DNA of 64,000 nucleotides, from positions 2,170,001-2,234,000 of the forward strand of contig NC_043021.1 in NCBI RefSeq assembly GCF_006345805.1, written 5' to 3'. The stretch is from Octopus sinensis. Taxonomy: Eukaryota. The notes beneath the pieces are model-generated. The model did not search any database and was not told the origin of the DNA. It saw only the letters and a list, made by a program, of their open reading frames with translations. A program made the translations under genes and the position numbers. Numbering within the stretch: the first letter of the stretch is position 1; every line of letters begins with the position of its first letter. Below are positions 12,674 through 23,959 of this stretch, in pieces.

Positions 12674-13088
12674 CAAGCATGGCAGTGTGGTAAGAAGCTT
12701 GCTTTCCAACCACATAGCTCTGGGTTCAGTCCCACTGCGTGGTACCTTTGGCAAGTGTCTTCTACTATAGCCTCGGGCCGACCAAAGCCTTGTGAGTGGA
12801 TTTGGAAGACGGAAACTGAAAGAAGCCCATGGCACACACATATATATATTTTTGTGTGTGTGTCATTGTGTCTGTTCATCCCCCCACTCCCTGCCATCGC
12901 TTGACAACCAATGTTTGGTGTGATTATGTTCCTGTGACTTAATGGCTCAGCAAAAGGTTCCGATGGAATAAATATTAGGCTTACAAAGAAAAAGTCCTGG
13001 GTGTCACTTTCTTTGACTAAAAAACCATTTACGGTGGTGCTCTAGCATGGCCACAGTCAAATGACCAAAACAAGTAAAAGAATAAAAG
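12674..13088 (+). mobile_element. SINE family A, full length
   Basis: Family head and tail both present. Confidence 0.8.
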
Positions 13089-13089
13089 C

Positions 13090-13135
<46 letters not shown>

Positions 13136-13834
13136 ACAGGCTTCTTTCAGTTTCCATCTACTAAATCCACTCGAGAGCTATAGTAGAAGACACTTGCCCA
13201 AGGTGCCATGCAGTGGGACTGAACCTGGAGCTATGTGGTTGGTAAGCAATTTTATTTTTTTTAATACTTTGTTCAGACATAAAAAAAAAAGCTAAACCCA
13301 TCAACATTTTCAGGGACCTCTGAAACGAAAGGGAGCATGTTACCATCAATGAAACATCAGATCTGGTCCCAAACACTTCCAACACACAAACACATTTGTA
13401 CTTCACTGAGGACAAGCAAGTACCAGTGAATGAAGTAAACCCTGGCAATAGACTAAACTTACCAGTGAAGTCATAATGACTCACAAACATTGTGTGTTTC
13501 ATTTTTTGCAGTGTTTGTGCACAGAGAGACAGACGGAGTGAGTGTGCACAGAAAACTGCTTCTGTGCAAATTTCGTCTTATTTTGCACTGTATGTGTGCA
13601 CCCATGCGAGTAAACAGCTGCAATCTTGACAAGAATAAAGAATTTGATATCTTACATGGACAGGTGTGGTGGTATGGCTAAGGAGAATGCTTTCCAGCCA
13701 TGCGGTCTCAGGTTCAATACCACAGTGCAGCACCTTGGGCAAGAGTGATGTCTGCTATAGCCCTAGGCTAACAGAAGCCTTGTGAGTGGATTTCATATCC
13801 AGGAACTAAAAGAAGTTCACACATATATATATAC

Positions 13835-13879
<45 letters not shown>

Positions 13880-13882
13880 TCA

Positions 13883-14108
13883 TTTTATCTTTTATCTTTT
13901 TTTTTATTTTTTCAGTCATTTGACTGCGGCCATGCTGGAACACCACGTTTAGTCAAGCAAATTGACCCTAGGACTTATTCTTTGTAAACCTAGTACTTAT
14001 TCTATTGGTCTCTCTTGCCAAACCATTAAGTGACGGGGACGTAAACACACCAGCATCGGTTGTCAAGCAATGTGGTGGGGGGGCTATCACAGACACACAA
14101 ATATATAT

Positions 14109-14139
<31 letters not shown>

Positions 14140-14311
14140 CGTACACATACATATGACAGGCTTCTTTCAGTTTCCGTCTACCAAATCCACTCACAAGGCT
14201 TTGGTTGGCCCGAGGCTATAGTAGAAGACACTTGTCCAAGGTGCCACACAGTAGGACTGAACCCAGACCCATGTGGTTGGTAAGCAAGCTACTTACAACA
14301 CAGCCCCTCCT
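13883..14311 (-). mobile_element. SINE family A, full length
   Basis: Family head and tail both present on the minus strand. Confidence 0.8.
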
Positions 14312-14649
14312 GTTGTTTTTCTCGGACTGCCTGTTCTTTGCTGATCTTTCTATTGGCCACTGGCCATTTTGCTGCATTCTAATTGCTTGCTAAAGTTCAC
14401 AAAGGACACATTTTGCTGACGAAGCAACACGATCTTTGATCTAGTAACTGGGCTGATACTACAGGGCTTTCTCCATAGTTGACGGAAACTGAAAGAAGCC
14501 CATCATGTGTGTGCGTGTTTGTGTCTGTGTTTGTCTCCCATCACTGTTTGACAACCAGTGTTGGTTTGTTTATGTCCCCATCACTTGTCAGTTTGGCAAA
14601 AATGTGTGCAATAGAAAAGTTCTTCAAGGTGTTGATAAAAGATGAGAGA

Positions 14650-14825
14650 TCATCATCATCGCAACCAACATCACTACCACCACCATCACCACCATCACCA
14701 CCACCATCACCACCACCACCATCACCACCACCACCACCATCGCCATCACCACCATCACTACAACCACCATCACCACCACCATCATCACCACCACCACCAC
14801 CACCATCATCATCATTATCATCATT
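14650..14825. repeat. (CAC/CAT)n trinucleotide tract
   Basis: Directly visible. Confidence 0.9.
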
Positions 14826-14911
14826 TAATGTCTATATTTCATGCTGGCGTGTGTTGGATAGTTTGAGCAGAGCCTGGTAAGCAGAAGAGCTGTCTGAGAG
14901 CCACTCTACTG

Positions 14912-15075
14912 TGGAAGCACGTGGCTTAATGTTTCGGGCATTGCACTCGTGATCGCAAGCTTGTGGTTTCAATACCTGGACCAGGCAACACGTTGTGTTC
15001 TTGAGCAAAACACTTTATTTCAAGTTGTTCCAGTCCATTCAGTGAGCAAAAGTGAGTTATCTTGTGATGGAGTGG
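14912..15075 (+). mobile_element. SINE with D-type head, partial
   Basis: gcacgtggcttaatg...gttgtgttcttgagcaaaacactttatttc. Confidence 0.6.
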
Positions 15076-15094
15076 CATCCCCTCCAGGTGGGGA

Positions 15095-15440
15095 ACTTGA
15101 GAAGACCCCCTTCAGCCATGAACGACCATGGGATTGCACCTAGAAAGTTCCCCTCCAAGGCACAAATCTGGACAAGGTTGTTTGTGGAAGGCCAGCAGTC
15201 GCCCATGCATGCCAGCCTCCTCCACTCCACACCTCTGATGTTATCCTAGAGAAAGGCAAAGGGGCCGATACAGCTTGGCACCAGTGAGGTCACAACTCAT
15301 TTCTACAGTTGAGTTAACTGGAGCAATGTGAAATAAAGTGTCTTGCTCAAGGACACAACAAGCAGTCCAGTCCAGGAATCGAACTCACAACCTCACGATC
15401 GTAAGCTCGACGCTCTAACCACTGAGCCATGCACCTTCAC
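15095..15440 (-). mobile_element. SINE with D-type head and a different body, convergent with the previous copy
   Basis: Reverse complement head gtgaaggtgcatggctcagtggttagagcg...gagttcgattcc. Confidence 0.65.
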
Positions 15441-15452
15441 ATATATAAAGAG

Positions 15453-16357
15453 ATGGGGAGAGATGAGGAAACAGCCGCCAAGTCCAATAACTCTTATCAG
15501 GCATTAACAGGAGCAGTCTCTATGTGGTTGCATGAACTGCTAGAAATAGCAATCAATTCCTCACACAAACGCCATGGAAACCAGGAAAGCAGTCCTTATA
15601 TGTTTGGCAAGACTCGAGAAGGTAAACCAACTTTACCTTTAAGCACTTTACAGAGTATGCTGGATGTTTTTCCTGTGGCACCAGCATAGGTAATCGCATA
15701 AACCAGCTCTTTTTTGAACAAAGACATGCATTGTTCAGAGAGTGAGATTGGCCCCTCTCAAGGCCTTTCTTCACTTTAAAAGGCATCAGACACATGCATC
15801 ATTTGATTTCTATTTTGTCCTTTAAGTGTTGCATAGTTGAGAAAGACAAATCCCTCAAATGAAAAATTCCATGACGGAATGAAAGCATTTTATCAGCGCG
15901 CGTGGTAAGCTCTCTGAACGCCTGCTTTAAGAGGCGGCCCTCATTGCTACATCTGTGCAAGGGAGTGTGGATCCCTAGCAGGATTAAGAAACTACTTTTG
16001 GGCGGCTCATGTCCAAGAGATCAACCAAGGAACGGCGTTGCAGCTCTCGTACATATTATTGTGCATCCAGGCCCTATATTGCCAACTGTTTACACCCAGG
16101 TTAGGCTTGCTCAAGCAAATCGATAACCAAAAGCAGTTCAGCTCTGACCAAACTCTGTATTTTCCAGGTTCAGTTCACCTAAGACCACTTTCGTTACCAA
16201 GTGCATCCTTTCCCACATTTTTCAGACGGTACAGTATGATATGCAGAGGAATTGCTAACTATTTCTAGCAGTTCAGGCAAACCACATAGAAATTGCTCCC
16301 GTTAGTGCATGATAAGAGTTATCGGACTTGGCGCCCGTTTCCCCCCTCACTCCCCAT
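15453..16357. repeat. ~105-bp inverted repeats (15453-15554 and 16251-16357) enclosing a decayed coding-like segment with a C2H2-like motif
   Basis: Arms align at roughly 80% by eye; + strand 15945-16010 reads CYICARECGSLAGLRNYFWAAH. Confidence 0.55.
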
Positions 16358-16376
16358 AAATACATATATATACATG

Positions 16377-16415
<39 letters not shown>

Positions 16416-16536
16416 CTGTGTGTGTGTGTGCATTTATATATTTGGGCATCATAGTTGTGTGTGTGTCTGTGCGTACGAATGCATACACACACGTGTATGT
16501 GCGTGCGTGTATACATACACAGATGTATATATAAAC

Positions 16537-16589
<53 letters not shown>

Positions 16590-16655
16590 CATGATAAAGA
16601 TCCAAATAGACAGGGAGATTAGTACTTTTACTAGCTTCTCACGTAGTCAGATGAA

Positions 16656-16689
<34 letters not shown>

Positions 16690-17942
16690 AAGAGAGAAAA
16701 AAAGCAAGATAAAGAGAGAGAGGGAGATAGAGAGACAGAAAGGGGGTTAGCATGAAAGGTGGCGGTGGCGACGAAGGTGGGGAAAAAAAAGTTTGTCGAA
16801 ACTTCAATGGAAGCCAACAGGCTCCTCCTGCTCAGAGAAACAAATGCATATTAATGAAAGCGATTGGGTGAAATGTTTGATAAAACACACACACACAACA
16901 TATATATATACATGCATGTATATATATACCCACTTACATATACGTATATACATATATATATATATATGCATACAAGTACATATGTATGTATACATATATA
17001 TAGGTGCAGATATTCATGCGCGTGTGTATGTGTGTGTATATATATATATATGTGTGTGTGTGTATATATATATAGGCTGAGGAAGCGGGTGACTGTATGG
17101 CCTAGTTGTATGCAGTTTGTCTTCTTTTTAGACTTTCTTTGTTATTTTACTTTATATATATATGTTGTTTTTTTTTCCTTGCCTTAACCTACTTAAAAGA
17201 CTTGCCTGGCCTGCAGCTCTCTTCGCCATTTAATACTTTTACTGTTCATTTTTTGCTTTTTATTTCTGTGTTTTTCGTTTTTTGTTTTTTGTTTCTCTCT
17301 CTCTCTCTCTCTCTCTCTGCATTACGCTGTTCTCTATCTATCACTTCCTCTCGTTTTATCTTCTTTCCTAATATACAAAAAGGAGAGAGTAGAAGTCTCG
17401 CACGCACACACACACGCACGCGCGCACACTTGCATACATACCATACACGCATACATACATACATACATACAGAGAGAGAGAGAGAGAGAGAGAGAGTGTG
17501 TGTGCTTGTGTATGCATGCATGTATGTATGTATGTGTGTATATATATATATATGTATGTATATGTAGGGCTTCTTTCTCTATTTGACTTCCATCTAACTT
17601 TCCAGCTTGTTCTTCTTGCACAACACACCAAACACCGCACCGTATATCTATCTTAATATCTACTCCACACCGCCTTTATAACACTCCTATCTTTCACTCC
17701 GGCTATTCACCAACTCTCTATCTTCCTCTAGAAGTGTGTGTGTGTGTAACTATAGGCATGTATGTGTGATATGTGAGCGTGTAAATTGTGTGTGTGCATC
17801 TGTGTGTGTGTGTGTGTGTGTGTTACTTCCTCCTCCAGGCTACATTCCAACCAACTATAAACTACCACTTTGTCTATTATTTGCTGTTATCTGCTTTTTA
17901 AACTCCATCTCTGTTACATTCCCATTTTTTTTTATCTACAAT

Positions 17943-18343
17943 AGGCGTGGCTGCGTGGTAAGAGGTTCGCTTCCCAACCACGCGGTTCCGTGTTCGGTCC
18001 CGCAGCATGGCTGCGACACCTTGGCTAAGCGTTTCCTGTTATTGCTTTGAGTCGAACAAAACTTTCTATGCGGAAACTGAAAGAAGCCCGCCGTATATAT
18101 GTAATAAATGCATGTGTGTGTGAGTGTCTTTGTGTTTATACCCAACACCCGTACCCCCACCACCGCTTGACAACCGATGTTGGTTTGTTTACGTCCTCGT
18201 AACTTAGCTGGTCGGCATCGATAGACTATGTACCAGGCTTTAAAAAAATAGTAAGCTCTGGATTCGATTTCTTCGACTGAACCCTTCAACGCGGTGCTGC
18301 AGCATGGCCGCTATCCAATGACTAAAATAAATAAATAAGTAAA
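17943..18343 (+). mobile_element. SINE family A, full length
   Basis: Family head and tail present. Confidence 0.75.
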
Positions 18344-18484
18344 ACATTAAAGACGAAACACTCGGTGTTTGTCAACCAATCGGTCTCCCGCCACTTTCCC
18401 ATATTCTCTCTCTCCACCCCAATCGATCTCTTTCTCTCTCTCTTCTCTTCCCTTCACAGGGTTAACATATCCTCTAATTAAATT

Positions 18485-18521
<37 letters not shown>

Positions 18522-18548
18522 CACCCCTCTCTCTCTCTCTGTATATAT

Positions 18549-18896
18549 ACTCTTTTACTTGTTTCAGTCATTTGACTGCGGCCATGCTGGAGCACCGCCT
18601 TTAATCGAGCAACTCGACCCCGGGACTTATTCTTTGTAAGCCCAGTACTTATTCTATCGGTCTGTTTTGCCGAACCGCTAAGTAACGGGGACATAAACAC
18701 ACCAGCATCGGTTATCAAGCAAAGCTAGGGGGACAAGTACAGACACACAAACACACATATATACGACGAGCTTCTTTCAGTTTCTGTCTACCAAATCCAC
18801 TCACAAGGCTTTGGTCGGCCCGAGGCTATAGTAGAAGACACTTGCCCAAGGTGCCACGCAGTGGGACTGAACCCGGAACCATGTGGTTGGTAAGCA
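18549..18896 (-). mobile_element. SINE family A, young-looking copy
   Basis: Retains many CpGs; head slightly truncated. Confidence 0.8.
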
Positions 18897-19139
18897 ATTC
18901 TTTTATTCTTTTACTTGTTTCAGCCATTTGACTGCGGTCATGCTGGACCACTGCCTTGACTCGAACTAATCAATCCCAGGACTTATTCTTTGTAAGCCTA
19001 GTACTTATTCTATCTACTTATTCTCTATACGGCGGGCTTCTCTCAGTTTCCGTCTACCAAATAAAATAGTAATCAAAGGGTTCATAGATTTTTTTTTAAA
19101 TGGTTGAGAAACCTTGGTCCAGGGGCTCAATTCTGATCC

Positions 19140-19280
19140 GTGTATGCCGTGGTTTAGTGGTTAGAGTGTTGGACACTCAATCATAAGATTGTGGCTTCGA
19201 TTCCTGAACCGGGCGATGGGTTCTGTTCTTGAGCAAAACACTTCATTTCGCATTGCTCCCGTCCACTCAGTTGGTAATAT
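19140..19280 (+). mobile_element. SINE D-type head
   Basis: gtggtttagtggttagag...gcttcgattcctg...ttcttgagcaaaacacttcatttc. Confidence 0.6.
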
Positions 19281-19750
19281 AGACGGTCAAGGTGGTGTTT
19301 AGTGTGACCATCTAATAACGACTCATGTCAGAAGGCTAAAATAATATATATAATGTGCCAGTTGGAAAAGAGAGAGACACAACATTGTAGAATAGTTATG
19401 AAAGATTTATTGATATATTTACAGGCATTTGTGTGGGTTTTATGTTTGCTGTTAACCATGGTGAATAATTCGCGAACAGCGCTATGTTAGAACCTGTGCG
19501 GTGTTGCTGGTATTGTGCACGTAGAGATGTTGTTGACGACGTTGGTGAGAGACATGATGATGGCGACGAAGATGGAGGTCCTTGGAATGCTGTTGGACGG
19601 GTGTTGTCTGGCACTGTCGCTGGAACTGGCTGCATCGTGTGGTCAGAGGCTAGACCTTAGAATATCTGAAACCAAAGACGTTAAGACGAGGAGAAGTTGA
19701 GTTTTTATTGATAACAGTAGGCTCAAACTGGGGTTGAGAACAGACTGTCT

Positions 19751-19920
19751 CACGTGATTTATTTGGAAGCTTCGATTGGTTATATCCTGCAGATTGGCGA
19801 GACAGAGTAAAAGGTAAATTGCACCAATACCAACCAATCAGAGTGATGGACACAACGGGGTCCAAATAGCAGCCAAAGGTGATGTCAGTATGTGACAGCC
19901 TACGTATGTTTATATAAGGG
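19751..19920 (+). promoter_or_regulatory. Candidate core promoter: E-box, four CCAAT boxes (two per strand), TATA box
   Basis: CACGTG 19751; ATTGG 19775 and 19793; CCAAT 19824 and 19834; TATATAAG 19911. Confidence 0.3.
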
Positions 19921-20274
19921 GGAGAGGAATTTCTCTCGAGTATACGCTACGGTAAAAATGAAGTAATCCTACGATGGATTTTTTGTTCAGGGTGAATATA
20001 TAGACCTCATTAAATGAAACACCGGCTTCTGATTCAGTATGACACGAGAAGGAACTTTTTATGCCAAGCCTTGTTACCATTAAACAAATATTACTGGACC
20101 CAATGCACTAGTTACCCCGGGAACTTATAGTAATGTTAAAATGGCACTGCGCACGCGTGTGCGTGTCTGCATTTGCTTCCCCACTCGCTTGAAATATTTA
20201 CGTCCACATAACCTTAGTTGTTCGTCAATGGAAAGATCGATAGAATAAGTACCGGGTTTTAAAAATAAATCAAT

Positions 20275-20446
20275 AGGAGTGGTTGTGTGGTAAGTAGCTT
20301 GCTTACCAACCACATGGTTCCGGGTTCAGTCCCACTGCGTGACACTTTGGCCAAGTGTCTTCTGCTATAGCTTCGGGCCGCCCCAAACCTTGTGAGTGGA
20401 TTTGGTAGACAGAAACTGAGAGAAGCCCGTCGTGTATATATATATA

Positions 20447-20490
<44 letters not shown>

Positions 20491-20820
20491 CCTGCTCGCT
20501 TAGCCAGCGGGGTGGCGTCATTTGAAGGCTAAAACAGTGCGAGCGCATTGTGATCAGCGATGTGTAGCAACATATGATAGCCTGATCGGTCACGTGATCA
20601 CGTGATATATTTATGTGTGTGTCTTTGTGTCTGTGTGTGTCTCCCCACCGTCGCTTGACAACCGATGTCGATATGTTTACGTCCCTATAACTTAGTGGCT
20701 CGGCAAAAGAGACTGATAGAATCAGTACCAAGCTTACAAAGAATAAGTCCTTTGTACTTTTAGTCGATTTCTTCGACTAAAAGGCGGTGCTGCAGCATGG
20801 CCGCAATCAAGTAAAAGAGA
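20275..20820 (+). mobile_element. SINE family A with a ~125-bp internal insertion at about 20490-20615
   Basis: Head and tail present; non-family segment inside the central (TG)n tract. Confidence 0.75.
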
Positions 20821-21336
20821 AGAACTGTACACGTGCGATCGATACTTAATCCAAATTATGAATAAAACTATTCGGTTGTACATTGACAAAGACCAGATTA
20901 TCACAGCTAGCAGTCGGCCAGATAATAACTCTTAATCCTACCGTCTTATGAAAGGAAGGACACATTGGATAAAGTAATGCAATAATCCAGTATGCATTCT
21001 ATTTGAAAAAAAAAAACGAAGACAAAAAGCAAAAACAACAAAAAGGAAAAGGAAACAAAAAGAAAAAATGGCGGCAATTTTACTGATGGAACGTCATTGA
21101 TCATAAGACATGGGACGTGAGATGTGCTAGAAACAGCAGCTAAGTTTCTCTTAAATCACACACATTTTTGTCTGGAAATTAATTTTGAAATTATAAACAG
21201 AAACTGCAGATTCGGATTGTCCATCTTTTAAATTCAAGGTAAATTTTTCGTTAGTCATGCCATTTAGGACATCTAATCCCGGTGGGGACTTGAGTTGAGG
21301 GCTGATCTCTGAGTGCTTAATCTCCCAAAAGAGAGG

Positions 21337-21667
21337 CCAAAAGATAACTGGATTCAAATAAAATTAAATTGGACTGATGTACCTAGGATTCGAGCCTGTT
21401 TCCAAACGATTACTGAATTCAAATAAAATTAAATTGGACTGATGTGGCTTGGATTCGAGCCTGTTTCCAAAAGATATCTACAATTAATTTAAATCAAAAA
21501 TTTAAATTAAGTTGCAATGACGCGATCAGGATTCGAACCTGAAACCGAAAGATATCTAGAATTAACTTAGAACAAAATCGCCTTGTACTGTCGTGAGCAA
21601 GGATTCTGTACTTAGACCGAAGAATATCTGAATTAACTAGAAAAGAAAAAAATAGCTGGAATTACAC
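21337..21667 (-). repeat. Four degenerate tandem copies of the tRNA-His 3' end (T-arm/B-box plus acceptor 3' strand) plus trailer
   Basis: tgatgtacctaggattcgagcctg 21375; tgatgtggcttggattcgagcctg 21440; tgacgcgatcaggattcgaacctg 21518; tgtcgtgagcaaggattctgtact 21589; versus the tRNA's tgccgtgaccaggattcgaacctg at 21668. Confidence 0.75.
21641..21652 (-). terminator. RNA polymerase III terminator (T7-C-T4) 15 nt downstream of tRNA-His
   Basis: aaaagaaaaaaa on the + strand. Confidence 0.75.
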
Positions 21668-21739
21668 TGCCGTGACCAGGATTCGAACCTGGGTTACCAC
21701 GGCCACAACGTGGGGTCCTAACCACTAGACGATCACGGC
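21668..21739 (-). tRNA. tRNA-His-GTG: tRNA-His (anticodon GTG), intact, 72 nt
   Basis: GCCGTGATCGTCTAGTGGTTAGGACCCCACGTTGTGGCCGTGGTAACCCAGGTTCGAATCCTGGTCACGGCA: paired acceptor stem and T-stem, canonical A and B boxes, close to metazoan tRNA-His. Confidence 0.97.
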
Positions 21740-22038
21740 CACTTGTCCAGCTTGATAAAATTGGCAATATTAGGTAAATTCAATTGCTTTTGTTCTGACA
21801 GTTACTGAATATGGAGGGACGCCGCGTCAGAATCACTTTGTTTAAATTAGGCTTAGATAATCTTTTTCGAGAAGCGGGCCATACGGGATATGACTCACCA
21901 TTGGGCAGGCTGCACTATAAAAAAAATTCAAGGTAATATTTCATTAGGCGTGCACACCATTCAGATAGTCACGCGGGCCGCAGTTTGTCCATGATTCGCT
22001 AGGGTGATCGTATGATTAACAAGTTCATTTCACTATCA

Positions 22039-22203
22039 TATGAGGAAAAACTTCCTTTTGTACCCCTGCCATTAAACTTTTCTCTTTAATATTAAACATG
22101 GTGGGAAATTGATTTTCTACCATGTCTTATAATAATAATGATGAGAAAGTCGTAAAAACTTTATGGTGGAGGGGGGGGGTACAAAAGGAAGTCTTTCCTC
22201 ATA
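22039..22203. mobile_element. Small foldback/MITE-like element with 28-bp terminal inverted repeats (TA-flanked, mariner-like)
   Basis: tatgaggaaaaacttccttttgtacccc (22039-22066) versus ggggtacaaaaggaagtctttcctcata (22176-22203), one mismatch. Confidence 0.6.
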
Positions 22204-22840
22204 CGATCCGGTTTCACTTCTGATGTACAGCATATACCTTTTACCGTGGCCTTGGCTTGTCCAAAGCCACCTGGGTAAAACTCAATAAATAGAAATTGCG
22301 TGGAATATCATCGAATCGCCTGTACCAGTTCCTAGGCGTTAAACATAATCCGTCGCCCGGTTTCGAACCACCGATTGGTTATCGAGTGTCTTTAATAGTA
22401 TAAAATAAAATCTATTTCAAGCATTCGGACCAGGTTTTCAAGCTGAAAATAACTCGATTTCTTTGACAAATCTTGGAGATCTTTCAAAAAGTACTGCATT
22501 TCTTTCATTTCTCCTTAGAGTGAGCCATTACACGCACAGGTACATGGACATGCAGGCGCCCACGCGCACACACACACACACACAATTATGTAAGTCGTAT
22601 TTAACCCGTTCGAATGTATTCGGACGTGATAAGGCCTTTCGCTGCGGAAATAGTCTTGGGAGAAAAATCTCCACCCAGAGATGTGTGAAAACGCATTGCA
22701 GGGGAGGGGGCTCTGTGAATAACATCATTGGATCGTAGGACGCATTCGTTTCGGCGTCGTTCCTCCTCGTCAGCTACGAAAACCAAATCTGTCATTCATT
22801 TTTTCCGTTGTTTTTTTTTTGTTTGTTCCGTCATTCACAC

Positions 22841-22888
22841 GTGCCATCCTTGCTACATTCACCCATGTGAATGTAGCAAGGATGGCAC
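22841..22888. other. Perfect 22-bp hairpin with 4-nt loop
   Basis: gtgccatccttgctacattcac-ccat-gtgaatgtagcaaggatggcac. Confidence 0.9.
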
Positions 22889-23887
22889 TCGACTCACTTA
22901 CGGAAAGCGACTTCCAGGTTTTATTCCAAAGGCGGCAGGAAGGCAGGGACCGGAGTATTGTTGTGCAAGGTGACTATTTCGAAGGAAATAATGTCAAAAC
23001 TTTGGTAAATAAATTATTTTTTTTTATTGAACATAACTAGTCCGGGAACCTTTTGGTACCTCCTCGTAGATCCGACGGTTTTCCATACAGTTTCCATCTG
23101 TAACGGTTGTAGTTCGTCATGGTGGTCGAGGGTCACCAATTTGTAACGGTGGTCGTTAAGGTGTTGGTTGCCAGTATGCAGGATGGAAGCAGAACAGTGA
23201 TCGAGGTTGTAAAGAAATATTCATTTAACGTTACTTCGTATATATCCAAAACCACGACGGGTTGGTATGTATAATTAGTAAATGGAAAAAGCATGCGAGG
23301 TAAAAAGAGTTAATTTCGGCCGGTATGTGTGTACAGGATCTCATAGTAGTATATAAATAGAGATGATGTTACAGAGAAGAGAAAGTGAAAGTTATAGAGT
23401 CGAGCGAAGTTGTGTCTCATAGCTGACTGGTTGTAACCTTCTTTCTCCCTCTGGCCGTTTGGTCTCAAGTGGCTGCCTGCCTTTGACTATGACTCTTGTC
23501 CGTTCACTAAATGATTTTACCTTGCTAAATTCTAGTATTCATAACTATCTAAAAGAAGTTAGAAAGACAGACATATTGTTGAAAAACAATAGATTTCGTT
23601 GACGGTCTGTTATCTCTGTTCTAGCTTTTGGTGGCCTAGAAGAGGTTAGAAGGGTCAAGTGGCAAAGACATTATTCTGCTTAGCGATGGCATCTGGCAAA
23701 TGTAATTGCTGTCACTCACAGAAAAACTATTGTTTTACGGTGAGAAAAGTGCTGTTGAACTGTTAAGTGAAATTTGGCGATCGATGATCGAATCCACGCT
23801 ATGCCTGCGTGAAGCCACTGCATCACTCCCAATCCAGAGAGGTTCCGAGAAAAAGGGAACGAACGATGGAGGAAGAGAAAGAAATGC

Positions 23888-23959
23888 ATGGCTGAGGAAA
23901 AGTCTTGCGTATCAGGTGAGAGGATCATTGAAGCGTATACAGGAGAGATTTCTATTCAG
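23888..23959 (+). other. Candidate exon ending in a consensus U2 donor (CAG|GTAAGT); possible ORF MAEEKSCVSGERIIEAYTGEISIQ
   Basis: Perfect donor at 23960 in the CpG-rich region; protein not recognised. Confidence 0.3.
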
